DNA of 64,000 bases, taken from assembly GCA_040954595.2 (NCBI GenBank), contig CM082583.2, positions 1,064,925-1,128,924 on the forward strand, read 5' to 3'. Of this stretch, positions 62,401 through 64,000 are shown one piece after another. A program made the position numbers and the translations under genes. Position 1 is the first letter of the stretch. Every line of letters starts with the position of its first letter. Source of the DNA: Balanoglossus misakiensis. Its lineage: Eukaryota; Animalia; Hemichordata. Under the pieces are notes generated by a model, which saw only the letters and a list, made by a program, of their open reading frames with translations, was not told the DNA's origin and made no database searches.

Positions 62401-64000
62401 GTGTTGAACCGCTGTGACTTTCCCTCTTCGGTTTGCCCGACTTAGCCAACGTCTTTGTACTAGAGTGTCGGGTCTTTTGCAGAGCCAGGCCGAAGGAAAT
62501 CCGACTTGATCACCGTTGCTAACGAACGCTAGTGTCTGTCATGGTGTGCCGGGGTTTTAGTCGAGCCAGGCCGTAGGAGATCTGACTTGATCATCGTGGT
62601 CAATGTACGCGTGTTTCCGCTCTAAAGTGCCGGGGCTTCAGCTAAACCAGGCCGTAGGAAATCCGACGTAATCACTGTTGATAACTTACGCCAGTCTGTG
62701 TCATATAGAGCCGGTGCACCAGCCGAGTCACGCCGTAGGAAATCTGACTTGATCAACGTGGTCAATGTACGCCTGTTTCTGCTCTAGAGTGCCGGGGCTT
62801 CAGCTGAGCCAGGTCGTAGGAAACCCGACGTGATTACCGTTGTTAACTTACGCCAGTCTGTGTCCTATATATAGTGCCGGGGCATCAGCCGTGCCAGGCC
62901 GAAGGAAATGTGAGTAGATCAACGTGGTCTCTGTACGCGTGTTTCTGCTCTAGAGTGCCAGGACTTTAGCCAAGCCATGCCGTAGGAAATCTGACTTGAT
63001 CAACGTTGCTAACGAACGCTAGTGTCTGTCAAAGTGTGCCATGGTTTTAGTCGAGCCAAGCCGTAGGAGATCAGACTTGATCGTCTCTGTACGCGTGTTT
63101 CTGCTCTAGAGTGCCGGGGCTTTATCCAAGCCATGCCGTAGAAAATCTGACTTGATCACCGTTGCTAACGTACGCTAGTGTCTGTCATATTGTGACTGTG
63201 ATTTAGCAGAGCCAGGCCGTAGAAAAATCGACATGTTCAACGTTACCAGTGTGCAACTGTTTCTGCTCTAGAGTGTCAGGGTTTTAGCCGACTTATGCTG
63301 TAGGAAATCTGAGTTGATGAATGGGAATTCAATGTTAGAAAACCCGTGTGGAAAGTATATCTACCCGTTTGAAACTAAGAAAAGAATTTATTCTTATTTA
63401 TTTTGTAAAAAAGACAATTTTTCGAAAACAAGTCGAAAATGGTAATTTTGTCTTGGGTGATTTAAATTATACCGCCTTTTCTGGAATTTGCAGCACTTTT
63501 TACAAGAGAACGACACTTCATGCTCCATAATATTTCCGAAAAAATAAGAAAAGAGTTAATTTTTTATGATTTTTTAAAAATTTACCATTTTTGTCAAAAT
63601 TTGGCCAAAATGGCTATTTTTTCTTGAATTCCGTCAATATGATCAGGGCACCAAATTCGAAGAACAAAGGTTTTTTAATTTTTTTTTCTAAAAATGACAT
63701 TTTCAAGGAAAATTTGGTAAAACGCAATTTTGTCTGCAGTGAGCCAAATTAGACGGTCTTTTGTGGAATTTGTATCGATATATACATGCGAAGAGCATTC
63801 TATACTCCATCAGATTTCCGAAAATGTAGAAAACAGGTATTTTTTGTAATTTTCAAAAATTTACCATTTTGACCAAATTGTGGCTACAATTGTTATTTTC
63901 GTGTTGAATGCCGCCAGTGTCACTGCTTTTAAAAGTCATAAAAACTTTTAACATACAAGCAATTGTTTATATATGATCAGGTCACCGAATTAAAAAAATA

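Larger units (their letters stand above)
31030..64000. repeat. Composite macrosatellite, ~2.05-kb unit, about 14 copies, running off the window end
   Basis: The marker GAAAGTATCTCTACCCG occurs near 31691, 33743, 35799, 37805, 45174, 46981, 49033, 51093, 53150, 55194, 57230, 59269, 61317 and 63351. Each unit is ~11 diverged 81-bp monomers, a ~1-kb AT-rich block, a poly-C tract and a ~200-bp linker. Confidence 0.97.

Noticed and set aside
31030-64000. 81-bp monomers as CRISPR array or coding repeat; recurrent short ORFs (MESISTRLKLRK... etc.)
   Set aside because: There are no unique spacers and no cas genes, and the context is eukaryotic. The monomer frames examined contain stops, and the short ORFs shift frame between units.

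Overview
This is AT-rich, intron-containing animal (probably marine invertebrate) DNA made almost entirely of nested mobile elements and satellite. No ordinary host gene, rRNA, tRNA or CRISPR array is supportable. From left to right: (1) the 5' part of a spliced Kolobok/'Mutator-like' transposase gene ending at a CC|TTAA|AG junction (1-1947). (2) A Sola1-type transposase present as two separate head-to-head ORFs, with the catalytic DDD half on the - strand and the DNA-binding half on the + strand (2311-4444), followed by a 902-bp tandem duplication and a 274/452-bp tandem array. (3) A Naiad-like Penelope retroelement with a 1-kb 5' inversion and two hammerhead ribozyme copies, set in (TA)n (7863-11321). 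(4) A ~19-kb candidate IS3EU-like transposon (~11.7-30.9 kb). It holds a 7-exon DDE integrase gene, a convergent 10+-exon gene ending in a UBX-like domain, a BTB-BACK-PHR pseudogene and subterminal 78-bp repeats. It also hosts an intact CR1/L2-group LINE and several MITE/HINE-like inserts. (5) More than 28 kb of a composite ~2.05-kb macrosatellite (81-bp monomers plus an AT-rich block), interrupted by a full-length L1/Tx1 element with a 13-bp TSD. The best novelty candidates are the split divergent Sola transposase and the IS3EU-like element carrying ubiquitin-pathway (UBX, BTB) genes. Family names come from motif recognition only; no database search was run.
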